From Coprobacillaceae bacterium (GTDB lineage: Bacteria > Bacillota_I > Bacilli_A > Erysipelotrichales > Coprobacillaceae): 32,000 nt of DNA. The DNA lies in contig OY776328.1 of the NCBI GenBank assembly GCA_963675515.1, forward strand, positions 930,001 to 962,000, given 5' to 3'. Below are positions 14,681-24,695 of the stretch, in pieces (position 1 is the stretch's first letter; the number at the start of each line of letters is the position of its first letter). The notes under the pieces were generated by a model that was not told the origin of the DNA, did not search any database, and saw only the letters and a list, made by a program, of their open reading frames with translations. The position numbers and the translations under genes were made by a program.

Positions 14681-15568
14681 ATGGAACTTCGCGAATTGAG
14701 ATATTTTTTGGCTGTCGTCAGGGAAGAGAACATTACCAAAGCAGCAGATGTTCTGCATATGACCCAGCCGACCCTGAGTCGCCAGATGGCCAAACTTGAA
14801 GAGGAGCTTGGGGTGCAATTATTCATTCGGGGCCGGCGGTTGACTCTCACGGACGCCGGTGTGATGCTAAGAAGGCGGGCTGAGGAAGTGGTCTCGCTGA
14901 TGGACAAGATTGAAAATGAGTTTGAGTCAAATGAAGATTTGGGTGGGATAATATCGATTGGAAGTGGCGGTTTGAGCGCCATGGAAACACTGTTGCCACT
15001 TATGCAGGATTTTCGGGACAAATATCCAAAAGTTCAGTACCAGCTATATACAAACAGCGCCGAATTTCTAAAGGAAAGACTGGAGCAGGGTCTCCTTGAT
15101 TTCGTATTGATGCTCGAACCGATCGACATCACCAAGTTCGATTATGTCCGGATGGAAAAAAAGGAGCGATGGGGCTTGCTGGTAAGCAAAGACCATCATC
15201 TGGCGAAAAAGGGATTTGTAACCAAGGAAGATATCGTTGATGAGGCGCTGATAGTTTCCAACCGGATTCCAATCCAGAAGGAGCTGGAGCATTGGCTGGG
15301 CAAAACATTTTTGGAGCTTGACATTTTCGCCACTTTCAACATAATCACAAATGTCGCCCTATTTGTCGAGAAAGGAATTGCGTCGGCCCTTACCCTCGAA
15401 GGATCGATCCATATGTTTTCAGGTGGAGACCTGGTCTTCTTGCCTTTGTATCCTGAACTTTCGATGACTTCAATTCTGGCGTGGAAAAAATTCCAGCCCA
15501 ATTTCGGAGCCGCCAGCCGGTTTATGGATTATGTCAAAACCATTCAAAAAATGGATATAAAGCTATAA
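14681..15568 (+). CDS. LysR-family transcriptional regulator
   Basis: The track start is TTG 14657. The ATG at 14681 (MELRELRYFLAVV) follows a GGGGGGA SD. HTH is ITKAADVLHMTQPTLSRQMAKLEEELGVQLF, followed by a LysR substrate-binding domain. Confidence 0.92.
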   Translation: MELRELRYFLAVVREENITKAADVLHMTQPTLSRQMAKLEEELGVQLFIRGRRLTLTDAGVMLRRRAEEVVSLMDKIENEFESNEDLGGIISIGSGGLSAMETLLPLMQDFRDKYPKVQYQLYTNSAEFLKERLEQGLLDFVLMLEPIDITKFDYVRMEKKERWGLLVSKDHHLAKKGFVTKEDIVDEALIVSNRIPIQKELEHWLGKTFLELDIFATFNIITNVALFVEKGIASALTLEGSIHMFSGGDLVFLPLYPELSMTSILAWKKFQPNFGAASRFMDYVKTIQKMDIKL

Positions 15569-15579
15569 AATATAAGCAT

Positions 15580-15608
15580 TTTACATTTTTTAGTTGCAGT
15601 AATAAAAT
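15580..15608 (+). promoter_or_regulatory. promoter candidate for the merR-CMD-AKR operon, overlapping the lysR terminator
   Basis: TTTACA (15580-15585), a 17-nt spacer, then TAAAAT (15603-15608). The predicted TSS falls inside the left arm of the hairpin, so transcripts started here would not form it. Confidence 0.4.
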
Positions 15609-15657
15609 ACAAGTATAGTCAGAATTCTAAATGATTCTGGCCTGCTTGTATTTTTTT
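15607..15657 (+). terminator. rho-independent terminator after lysR
   Basis: ATACAAG (15607-15613) pairs with CTTGTAT (15645-15651), with an inner CAGAAT/ATTCTG stem, followed by T7. Confidence 0.65.
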
Positions 15658-15677
15658 GTGAGATTGAGGAGGCTTTT

Positions 15678-16016
15678 ATGACCCTTGAGGAAGCATGTAA
15701 AAAGTTTGATGTCCCCCGGGATGTCATTCTAGGTTATATCGATTCCGGATATATCCGTAAAAATGATAACCAAAGCGGCAACGACTACCAAGACGAAGAC
15801 CTCGAGCGGATGGGGATTATCGCGTTATTGCTGGAGGCGGGTTGTGATCCTGAACAAATAAGGCAATATCTCAGGCTTAATGAAAAAGAGTCCATGAGAA
15901 ATCGTCAGGTGACCATTCTTCGTAAGAAGAGACGGGAACTGCTTGATGAAATCCACAAAAAACAAAGGGTACTCGATAATCTGGATGCCATAATCCGGGA
16001 TATGAACAAATATTGA
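15678..16016 (+). CDS. MerR-family transcriptional regulator (short)
   Basis: SD GAGGAGG precedes the ATG. It has an N-terminal winged HTH (LEEACKKFDVPRDVILGYIDSGYI) and a C-terminal coiled coil. Confidence 0.85.
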   Translation: MTLEEACKKFDVPRDVILGYIDSGYIRKNDNQSGNDYQDEDLERMGIIALLLEAGCDPEQIRQYLRLNEKESMRNRQVTILRKKRRELLDEIHKKQRVLDNLDAIIRDMNKY

Positions 16017-16037
16017 TATCGAAAGGAAAGAATATTG

Positions 16038-16358
16038 ATGAAAAAACAAACAGCTGGACGTGACCGATTGGGCGCAATTGCACCAAAGTTCGCGGAATTG
16101 AATGATGATGTCCTGTTCGGACAGGTATGGTCGAGGGAAACTGAAATGGCGCCTAGAGACAGGTCGATTATAACCGTCACAGCCCTGATCACAAAAGGAA
16201 TTTTTGACAATTCGCTAAAAGCCCATATCACGAAGGCAAAAGAAAACGGGATTGACGCACAAGAAATGGCCGAGCTGATAACCCATCTGGCATTTTATGC
16301 CGGGTGGCCAAATGCCTGGGCGGCGTTCAATATCGTCAAGGAAGTCTACGGCGAGTAG
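16038..16358 (+). CDS. carboxymuconolactone decarboxylase (CMD/AhpD-like) family protein
   Basis: The ATG at 16038 lies 7 nt after GAAAGGAAAG; the track start TTG 16035 is one codon earlier. RDRSIITVTALITKG...ELITHLAFYAGWPNAW is the CMD-family pattern. Confidence 0.88.
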   Translation: MKKQTAGRDRLGAIAPKFAELNDDVLFGQVWSRETEMAPRDRSIITVTALITKGIFDNSLKAHITKAKENGIDAQEMAELITHLAFYAGWPNAWAAFNIVKEVYGE

Positions 16359-16407
16359 AACAGGGAATAATAAATGACAATTATGGTTTTGATGATGGAG
16401 GGATAAT

Positions 16408-17268
16408 ATGATCTTAGGCGAACGATTTGTGCTTTCAAATGGGGTATATATACCCAAAATCGGGCTTGGTACCTGGTTCATGGATGATGAAACTGTAGCC
16501 AAAGCGATAACTCAGGCCGTTGCGATGGGTTATCGCTTGATCGACACTGCCCAGGCGTATCAGAATGAAGTGGGTGTTGGTATCGGTTTGAAAAACTGCG
16601 GGGTGCCCCGAAGCGAATTGTTTGTAACAAGCAAGGTTGCCGCCCAACACAAAACATATGAAGAAGCTGCTGCTTCAATCGATGAGTCGCTTGAAAAAAT
16701 GGGTCTGTACTATGTCGATCTGATGATAATCCACAGCCCCCAGCCCTGGAATGAATGGCGTTCCGATAAGCGATACTTCGAAGAGAACATTGAGGTTTGG
16801 CGCGCATTGGAAGATGCCTACAAGCAAGGTAAGGTTAAGGCAATCGGGGTATCCAATTTCCTCATTGACGACCTGGAAAACCTGCTAAACAGCTGCGAAA
16901 TCGAACCGATGGTAAATCAGGTATTGACCCATATCGGCAACAATCCGACTGAAATAGTGGAATACTGTCAAAGTAAAGGGATCCTGGTTGAGGCATATTC
17001 GCCGATCGCGCATGGCGAGGCGTTCAAAAACGAAGAAATAAAGGCGATGGCGAAGAAGTATGGCGTATCCGTCGCTAAGTTGTGTATCCGTTTTGTCCTG
17101 GATCTCGGCTTGGTCGCCTTGCCAAAGACGGCAAATCCGGCCCATATGCTTGACAACCTCGAGGTTGAGTTTGCCATTTCCCAAGGCGATATGGAATATC
17201 TTGGGAAAGTCCATTTCGGAGATGACTATGGGGAGTTTACCCGTTTTCCAGTATTTTCCGGAAGATAG
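16408..17268 (+). CDS. aldo/keto reductase
   Basis: SD GGAGGG precedes the ATG. Motifs present: IGLGTW, RLIDTAQAYQNE, VTSKV, GVSNF and a C-terminal LPKTANP. Confidence 0.92.
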   Translation: MILGERFVLSNGVYIPKIGLGTWFMDDETVAKAITQAVAMGYRLIDTAQAYQNEVGVGIGLKNCGVPRSELFVTSKVAAQHKTYEEAAASIDESLEKMGLYYVDLMIIHSPQPWNEWRSDKRYFEENIEVWRALEDAYKQGKVKAIGVSNFLIDDLENLLNSCEIEPMVNQVLTHIGNNPTEIVEYCQSKGILVEAYSPIAHGEAFKNEEIKAMAKKYGVSVAKLCIRFVLDLGLVALPKTANPAHMLDNLEVEFAISQGDMEYLGKVHFGDDYGEFTRFPVFSGR

Positions 17269-17280
17269 GAGGTGTCGGCA

Positions 17281-17784
17281 GTGTCAAAAGCGATGCGATT
17301 GGCGATACCAATCATAATAATTGCTGCATTTTTGATGGCGGGGCTGTACTGGCATAATACAAGTGATGTAGCCGATACACCCAGCGTTTCACAAGATGTA
17401 GCCGAAAGTGATGAAGAAAAAGAAGAGGTAGATGTTATGAAAATCAAAATAACAGTTTGCAACGAGGTACTTATCGCGAATTTCGAAGATAATGCGACGA
17501 CTAGAGCGTTGGTTGAAAAGATGCCAATTACGTTGCAAATGTTGGATTTATATGGGCGGGAGATGTGCTACCGTTTTGGAGCGAATGGATTGCCTAGCGA
17601 CAAATTGCGCTATGATGGCTATGAAGTCGGAGATATCGCCTACTGGCCGCCAAGGGGTAGCCTGGTGATCCTCTACAAGCAAAATGGGGAACAGTTCGAG
17701 CGCCAGCACCTTGGCCATATCGATTCGGGAGTAGACCTGTTTATGAACAGTGGCGATGTGGATGTAACATTTGAATTACTGTAG
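17281..17784 (+). CDS. cyclophilin-like-fold protein with N-terminal TM anchor and acidic linker
   Basis: AGGAGG lies at 17267-17272. An in-frame GTG at 17281 is 8 nt downstream; the track start GTG 17272 overlaps the SD, and ATG 17293 is also possible. The N-terminus carries a TM helix (LAIPIIIIAAFLMAGLYW). The core (KIKITV...ATTRALVEKMPITL...GDIAYWPPRGSLVILY) matches cyclophilin-like proteins common in such clusters. Confidence 0.8.
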   Translation: MSKAMRLAIPIIIIAAFLMAGLYWHNTSDVADTPSVSQDVAESDEEKEEVDVMKIKITVCNEVLIANFEDNATTRALVEKMPITLQMLDLYGREMCYRFGANGLPSDKLRYDGYEVGDIAYWPPRGSLVILYKQNGEQFERQHLGHIDSGVDLFMNSGDVDVTFELL

Positions 17785-17986
17785 ATATTTGAAGAAAATC
17801 ACCGCCGGATAAAATCAAAGCAATTTCCCTGTAATTGGAATCTGAGGACTGTGTGGGAATCTTTTCCAAGGATTATGTCGATTTTAAGCCTTGCATATTT
17901 CCTGGCTGAAAATATTCAACATTTCGAGTTGGCATGTCTGAAGCGGTAAAGACTAAGGCAAAAGTCACTATGAGCAACACATTTTA

Positions 17987-18032
17987 ATCCAGGTGGAGTC
18001 ACAATCAATGATGACTCAATCTGGATTTTTTT
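17987..18032 (+). terminator. rho-independent terminator about 200 nt downstream of the last operon gene
   Basis: ATCCAG (17987-17992) pairs with CTGGAT (18021-18026), with an inner GAGTCA/TGACTC stem, followed by T7. Confidence 0.7.
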
Positions 18033-18142
18033 ATGTTCCCAGTATTTTTTTGTGTATAGCTGAAATTGTTGATGAATTTCCTAAATATCAATCAAATCCA
18101 GCTGGAAATATAACCATGTTCATAGAAAATTGTTCCATAATT

Positions 18143-18151
18143 TGATATAAT
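18143..18151 (+). promoter_or_regulatory. extended -10 promoter element (TGaTATAAT) upstream of the second RpiR gene
   Basis: The sequence TGATATAAT lies about 110 nt upstream of the ATG at 18260. No good -35 was seen. Confidence 0.4.
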
Positions 18152-18259
18152 GACGTTGCGACAGGTGTTGCTCTATACCTTTTAGCAACCTTTAATAGAA
18201 AGCATTTCGAGAAATCGGTGAATATATGTTTGGCAAACGACAATTGGAAGGGTGATTAT

Positions 18260-19150
18260 ATGTATTTGTTTCAGAAGATTGAAGAGATGATTTTGGAGTT
18301 CTCCGACACAAGGAAGGACATCGGGGAGTTTTTGCTCAAGGAAAGAAGCGGAGTCGCCAATTATTCGATGCAGCAAATTGCCCAGAAGACATTCACTTCC
18401 AAATCGACTTTGTTCAGGTTCGCCCAGAATCTAGGCTATACCGGCTGGCGGGAATTTGTGAGTGATTTCATCAAGGAAGCCCGGCAACAGGAAAACAATT
18501 TCACGGACATCGACCCGAATTTCCCGTTCGATGAGACTGACACTCCCCGGGACATCGTAACCAAGCTAAGCACCCTGCAGATTGAAAGCATATATGACAC
18601 GTCCCAGAATATCGACTACGAAATCCTGGAACAGGCGACCAAGATGCTTATGGAATCAAGAAATATCGTCGTTTTCGGGATGAGCCCGAACAATATTCTA
18701 GCCAACTTGTTCCGCCGGAAGATGGAAAGCATCGGCCGGCTGGTCTACATTCCCACCCTTGATGAAAGTGGCATAACTTCCCGGTCCTTATCGAGCGAGG
18801 ATTGTGCTATTGTGATTTCATATTCAGGCAACAATGAAATGAGGGAGCCGATGAAATATATCGCCGACATGAAAAGCAACGGCGTAAAGCTTATCGGTCT
18901 GACCAGCGGTGGAAACAATTATATCCGTGATGAAATCGAAACTACTTTATGCATCTCATCGCGCGAGAAGCTGTACACGAAGATTTCATCTTTTGCGACC
19001 GAGGAATCGATCCTCCATCTGCTTAACATCCTTTATTCTTGTTATTTCGCGATGGATTATGAAAGAAATCTTGAGTTCAAGATGAAAAACTCAAGGGAGC
19101 TGGAGTACCGGCGGCGGGCATCATTGCTCAAGATGAAGGAAGACCAATAG
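18260..19150 (+). CDS. MurR/RpiR-family transcriptional regulator (HTH_6 + SIS)
   Basis: The track start is GTG 18218. The ATG at 18260 (MYLFQKIEEM) follows GGAAGGGTG. It has an RpiR HTH (QQIAQKTFTSKSTLFRFAQNLGYTGW) and a SIS domain (IVVFGMSPN...IVISYSGNN). Confidence 0.9.
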   Translation: MYLFQKIEEMILEFSDTRKDIGEFLLKERSGVANYSMQQIAQKTFTSKSTLFRFAQNLGYTGWREFVSDFIKEARQQENNFTDIDPNFPFDETDTPRDIVTKLSTLQIESIYDTSQNIDYEILEQATKMLMESRNIVVFGMSPNNILANLFRRKMESIGRLVYIPTLDESGITSRSLSSEDCAIVISYSGNNEMREPMKYIADMKSNGVKLIGLTSGGNNYIRDEIETTLCISSREKLYTKISSFATEESILHLLNILYSCYFAMDYERNLEFKMKNSRELEYRRRASLLKMKEDQ

Positions 19151-19191
19151 ATACACTTCGTGATTGATGTTGTTATAATTTTTATGAAGGC

Positions 19192-19231
19192 AAAAAAAGC
19201 AGCAAACTCACTTTGAGTCTGTTGCTTTTTT
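19192..19231. terminator. bidirectional terminator between convergent rpiR and GH1 genes
   Basis: An A7 run precedes the stem GCAGCAAACTC/GAGTCTGTTGC (one mismatch, one G-U pair), which is followed by T6. Confidence 0.7.
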
Positions 19232-19258
19232 CAATTGCACTGAACTGTTTATACTGCC

Positions 19259-20752
<1,494 letters not shown>

Positions 20753-20874
20753 CTATCTATTGTTCTTTAACAGTCTATCACAGATTCACGTCGGGTATCG
20801 TTCCGCAATGTTCCGCAAAAACAGCGATAAAATGATAAAATATGAACCCTTAGTTCCGATATGAACGAAATGCT

Positions 20875-20888
20875 TGCAAGCGCTTGAA
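20875..20888. promoter_or_regulatory. candidate cre (CcpA) site in the GH1/PTS divergent region
   Basis: TGCAAGCGCTTGAA has a perfect 10-bp palindromic core CAAGCGCTTG. It is close to the cre consensus TGWAANCGNTNWCA, with deviations at positions 3, 12 and 13. Confidence 0.45.
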
Positions 20889-21032
20889 TTCGGCAATACC
20901 AGGTGGTAAGCTATGACTGTAAATGAAATTGCTTTCAAGAGCGGATCTCTCAAAAGGCACAAATTTCTTGCCGTATAACAGCTGAATATGGTTTTGAAAA
21001 ATTCATTTATCGACACTTTAGGAGGAGAAATA

Positions 21033-22898
21033 ATGAGTAAAAAATATGAAGTGCTTGCAAAAAGCATTGTCAAAGAAGTTGGCGGGTCTGATAACATCGA
21101 TTCACTTCATCATTGTCAAACCCGACTGAGATTCAAACTATTGGATGATTCCAAAGCAAATAAGGAAACAATTGAAAAACTTGATGGCGTGGCCAAGGTC
21201 ATCCTGAGCGGCGGAATGTTCCAGATTGTCATTGGCATGGATGTTGCCGACGCCTATGAGGAAGTCATCAATATAATAGGTGACAAAGTTGGCGGTTCAC
21301 CTAGTCACGGTGGCGAAGAAAAGAAAAAAGTTTTCGATGTCGTCGCTGATTTCGTATCAAGCATATTCTCGCCAATCATTCCTGCCTTGGCTGGTGCCGG
21401 AATGGTAAAAGCCCTATTGGCTTTGCTTATCGCATTCAAGCTGGTTCAAAATACCGACCAGACATATATCATTGTCAACATGATCGGGGATGCGACATTC
21501 GCATTCATGCCGATATTGCTGGCTTACTCGACAGCCCAAAAGCTCAAGTGTAATCCGGTTCTGGCTGCTGTAGTTGCCGGAATTCTATGCCATGGTACCT
21601 GGGCTTCTATCGTAGCGGCCCACGATCCAGTCACAATCTTCGGATTCCTGCCACTTTACGTGGTAAGATACACCGGTTCAGTCATCCCGATAGTTCTTGT
21701 CATCATTGTGCAAGCACCGCTTGAAAGGTTTTTGAACAAGGTTGTTCCTAATGCAATCCGGTTGATCGTTGTGCCGATGATCATCTTCCTGGTAATGGGG
21801 GTTCTGGCATTGGCTGTTATCGGTCCAGTCGGTGACTATGTAGGTAATGTTTTCACATCAATTTTCAACTGGTTAAGCATCAATGTGAGCTGGCTTGAAG
21901 CAATGCTTATGGGTGGATTGTATCCTTTATTGGTAATCTTCGGTCTTCATCATGGTCTTGCACCTCTAGGTATCATGCAAATGGCTTCACTTGGTTACGA
22001 TTCTATCTTCGGTCCAGGCGTTCTGTGCGCCAACATCGGACAAGGGACATCATCTCTTGTTACTGGTATTTTATCTAAAGACACCAAAACAAAACAAATT
22101 GCAACTTCAGCTGGTATTACTGGGCTGATGGGGATCACTGAGCCCGCTCTATACGGTATCAATGTGCCTAAAAAATTCCCTTTGATTGCCGGATTAATCG
22201 GTAGTGCATTCGGGGGCTTGTTTGCCGGATTGACTCACACCCGCCGGTTTGCAACCGGATCTTCAGGATTGCCAGCGGTGGTTATGTATCTAGGCGACAA
22301 CACAACCAGATATCTGATCCAAATCGTCATCTCTTTGGCAATCACAATCGTGATTTCGGCGGTTATGACAGTCATCCTTCATAGGGTTTATTCAAAAAAA
22401 GAAGCTGCAAATATCGCAGCAAAAAACAATGCAGCAATGGAATGCGCACCAACCATCATCAAAAGCCCGATTACCGGAAATGTGATTCCTCTGGAAAATG
22501 TGAGTGACGAAGCTTTTTCAAGTCTTGCTTTAGGTGACGGGGTCGCAATCGATCCAAAAATTGGAGAAGTAATTTCGCCTGTCGATGGTACCGTGGTTAC
22601 CCTGTTCCCGACCAAACATGCGATCGGAATCCTGAGCGAAGACGGTGCGGAAATTCTTGTCCATATCGGAATCGACACTGTCAATCTCAATGGCAAATAT
22701 TTCGAGGCATTTGTGGCCCAAGGACAAAAGGTAAAAGCGGGGGATATCCTTGTCAAGTTCGATATTGAAAAAATCAAGGCCGAAGGTTATTCTACCGAGG
22801 TTCCAATAATCATCACAAATACAAACAAATACAATTCAGTAGCTTCAATCAAAAGCGGCTCAGTCGTTTGCGGAGAAGCGTTACTGGAATTGGCATAA
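21033..22898 (+). CDS. PTS beta-glucoside-family transporter, fused EIIB-EIIC-EIIA
   Basis: The ATG at 21033 (MSKKYEV) follows AGGAGGAG; the track start at 20988 has no SD. EIIB Cys motif is HHCQTRLRF. A multi-TM EIIC domain follows, then EIIA with VHIGIDTVNLNG. Confidence 0.93.
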   Translation: MSKKYEVLAKSIVKEVGGSDNIDSLHHCQTRLRFKLLDDSKANKETIEKLDGVAKVILSGGMFQIVIGMDVADAYEEVINIIGDKVGGSPSHGGEEKKKVFDVVADFVSSIFSPIIPALAGAGMVKALLALLIAFKLVQNTDQTYIIVNMIGDATFAFMPILLAYSTAQKLKCNPVLAAVVAGILCHGTWASIVAAHDPVTIFGFLPLYVVRYTGSVIPIVLVIIVQAPLERFLNKVVPNAIRLIVVPMIIFLVMGVLALAVIGPVGDYVGNVFTSIFNWLSINVSWLEAMLMGGLYPLLVIFGLHHGLAPLGIMQMASLGYDSIFGPGVLCANIGQGTSSLVTGILSKDTKTKQIATSAGITGLMGITEPALYGINVPKKFPLIAGLIGSAFGGLFAGLTHTRRFATGSSGLPAVVMYLGDNTTRYLIQIVISLAITIVISAVMTVILHRVYSKKEAANIAAKNNAAMECAPTIIKSPITGNVIPLENVSDEAFSSLALGDGVAIDPKIGEVISPVDGTVVTLFPTKHAIGILSEDGAEILVHIGIDTVNLNGKYFEAFVAQGQKVKAGDILVKFDIEKIKAEGYSTEVPIIITNTNKYNSVASIKSGSVVCGEALLELA

Positions 22899-22901
22899 AT
22901 C

Positions 22902-22945
22902 AAAAAAAGATGGTGTTAGATCAGTGAGATCATACCATCTTTTTT
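22902..22945. terminator. bidirectional terminator shared by the convergent PTS and GH43 genes
   Basis: AAGATGGT (22907-22914) pairs with ACCATCTT (22934-22941), flanked by an A run and a T run. The last 9 codons of the GH43 gene lie inside the hairpin. Confidence 0.7.
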
Positions 22946-24463
22946 GGTTACCGGATTTAAATAATCATTATCAATAGGGCTGTAATTCAATTTTGTCAGG
23001 CGGGCCGGTTTTGGCCCTTTGACATGGAATCCGGCAACGACTCCGGTAAACTGGGAAAATGTGCACTCGGTTGCGAAGTGCTTGGTGTAGGTCCAGCCGA
23101 TTTCAACCCATTCATTATTGTCATTATTCAAAAAGAAAAAGTATTTTTCTTTTGAACCGCATATTTTCAGGTTGACTGGATCATTCCCCATCGGCAAATC
23201 AAAGAATTTTTCATCCAAGATATCGCCGACTCTCTTGCGCAGCAGGAGCGACTTCACTTCGTTATTCGATGTCACAAGCAGATCCGTATGGTGTTCATTA
23301 TCGCCAAGCAGTGCAATTCCAGCTTCCTGTTCAGCGTTTTCAGGGTCGAATTGGAAGGCTGCGGTCAGTTCAAAGGCGTAGTCCCTCTGGCGCAATGCCA
23401 GAAACACCGGACTTACGATGCTGTCCAACGAATAATCCGTCCCGGTTATTTCAATGGCATCTTCACTGAAGCTTATATGCTTTGAAATGTCATGGCGCGG
23501 TGAAATAATCCCGTTGGGCAATTGTTTCATGGAAACGTCCAGGGAAAAATCGGTTTCTCTTTTCTGGATAACATTCAGTTCGGTTTCAACATCCATCGGT
23601 AGATATCCTAGTTTTGAATGCAACCAACCGTCGTCATCCCAGTAACATGGGCTCAGCATTGTTTCCCGGCCCATAACAGTCCGATGCTTATAGGGCCGGG
23701 TCCCCAGACAGACAAGCCAAGGTTCTCCCTTGCCGTCCTCAACAAGGTCACCATGGCCGACGCTTTGGATCGGCTCTTTTGAACTGTCCTTGTTTGACAG
23801 TATCGGGTTGTGGGGACAAGGGCGGAAAGGGCCCCAGATTGATTCGCTTCGCGAAAGAGTGACCATATGGCCTTCCCTCGTCCCGCCTTCTGCCAGCAGC
23901 AGATAATAACAAGATCCTCTTTTGAAAATATGGGGAGCCTCGACATCCCGGCCGCCGCACCCTCGACTGATGGTCTTGGGCTGGCAAAGCAGTCGGCCGC
24001 TGTCCAACTCGATTTCTACTTGCCTTATTGTGGATATCCCGTCATCGTAATCGGAATACTGGATATATGTGCGACCATTTTCGAAATACATCGAGGGATC
24101 GATTCCCCTGATATCGATATCGACGGGGTCTGACCAATCACCAGCGGGATTGGTGGCTGTCACATAGAAATTCCGGGTCTTGCCATTGATAAGGCAGGTT
24201 GTGATCATATAGAATCTATCATTATGACAGCGGATTGTCGGTGCATATATGCCCTGTGAACATTTGACACCGGTCAGGTCGAGCTGCGACTGTCTTGTCA
24301 GGCAACTCCCGATCTGCTTCCAGTTGATCAAATCGGTGCTTGAAAAAATCGGCACCCCTGGAAAGTATTCGAAACTGGATGTCACCAGGTAATAGTCGTT
24401 ATCCTTTTTGCATATCGACGGATCCGGATGGAAGCCTGGAATAATCGGATTTTGATACTTCAT
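22916..24463 (-). CDS. GH43 beta-xylosidase/alpha-L-arabinofuranosidase with C-terminal beta-sandwich domain
   Basis: The ATG at 24463 (MKYQNPIIPGFHPDPS) follows AGGAGGG; the track start at 24559 is an upstream extension. It has GH43 propeller motifs (DPSI, YYLV.SSFE, EAPHIF, ...HGD...). Confidence 0.93.
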   Translation of the reverse strand: MKYQNPIIPGFHPDPSICKKDNDYYLVTSSFEYFPGVPIFSSTDLINWKQIGSCLTRQSQLDLTGVKCSQGIYAPTIRCHNDRFYMITTCLINGKTRNFYVTATNPAGDWSDPVDIDIRGIDPSMYFENGRTYIQYSDYDDGISTIRQVEIELDSGRLLCQPKTISRGCGGRDVEAPHIFKRGSCYYLLLAEGGTREGHMVTLSRSESIWGPFRPCPHNPILSNKDSSKEPIQSVGHGDLVEDGKGEPWLVCLGTRPYKHRTVMGRETMLSPCYWDDDGWLHSKLGYLPMDVETELNVIQKRETDFSLDVSMKQLPNGIISPRHDISKHISFSEDAIEITGTDYSLDSIVSPVFLALRQRDYAFELTAAFQFDPENAEQEAGIALLGDNEHHTDLLVTSNNEVKSLLLRKRVGDILDEKFFDLPMGNDPVNLKICGSKEKYFFFLNNDNNEWVEIGWTYTKHFATECTFSQFTGVVAGFHVKGPKPARLTKLNYSPIDNDYLNPVTKKDGMISLI

Positions 24464-24695
24464 ATATGTTTCCCTCCTGGAAAATGTTATTTGCGCAAAA
24501 AAACAAATAGCCGAAGTACTAACCGTTTGTCTGATTTTTGCTGCAACTTCGATTCCCATATTAGCACTATTATGCGGATTATTGTATGACGCAATCCCAC
24601 TATTGTATTGACCAAACTACATAACCGGTTATTGACATAAAAAATATTGCGGTGGTATCATTATCTAAACAAGTTGCGAAAATGGAGGTGCGATC

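Noticed and set aside
20889-21032. Looked for a RAT/terminator antitermination leader upstream of the beta-glucoside PTS gene.
   Set aside because: I could see no stem-loop followed by a T run and no RAT-like sequence, and no BglG/LicT-family gene is in the window.
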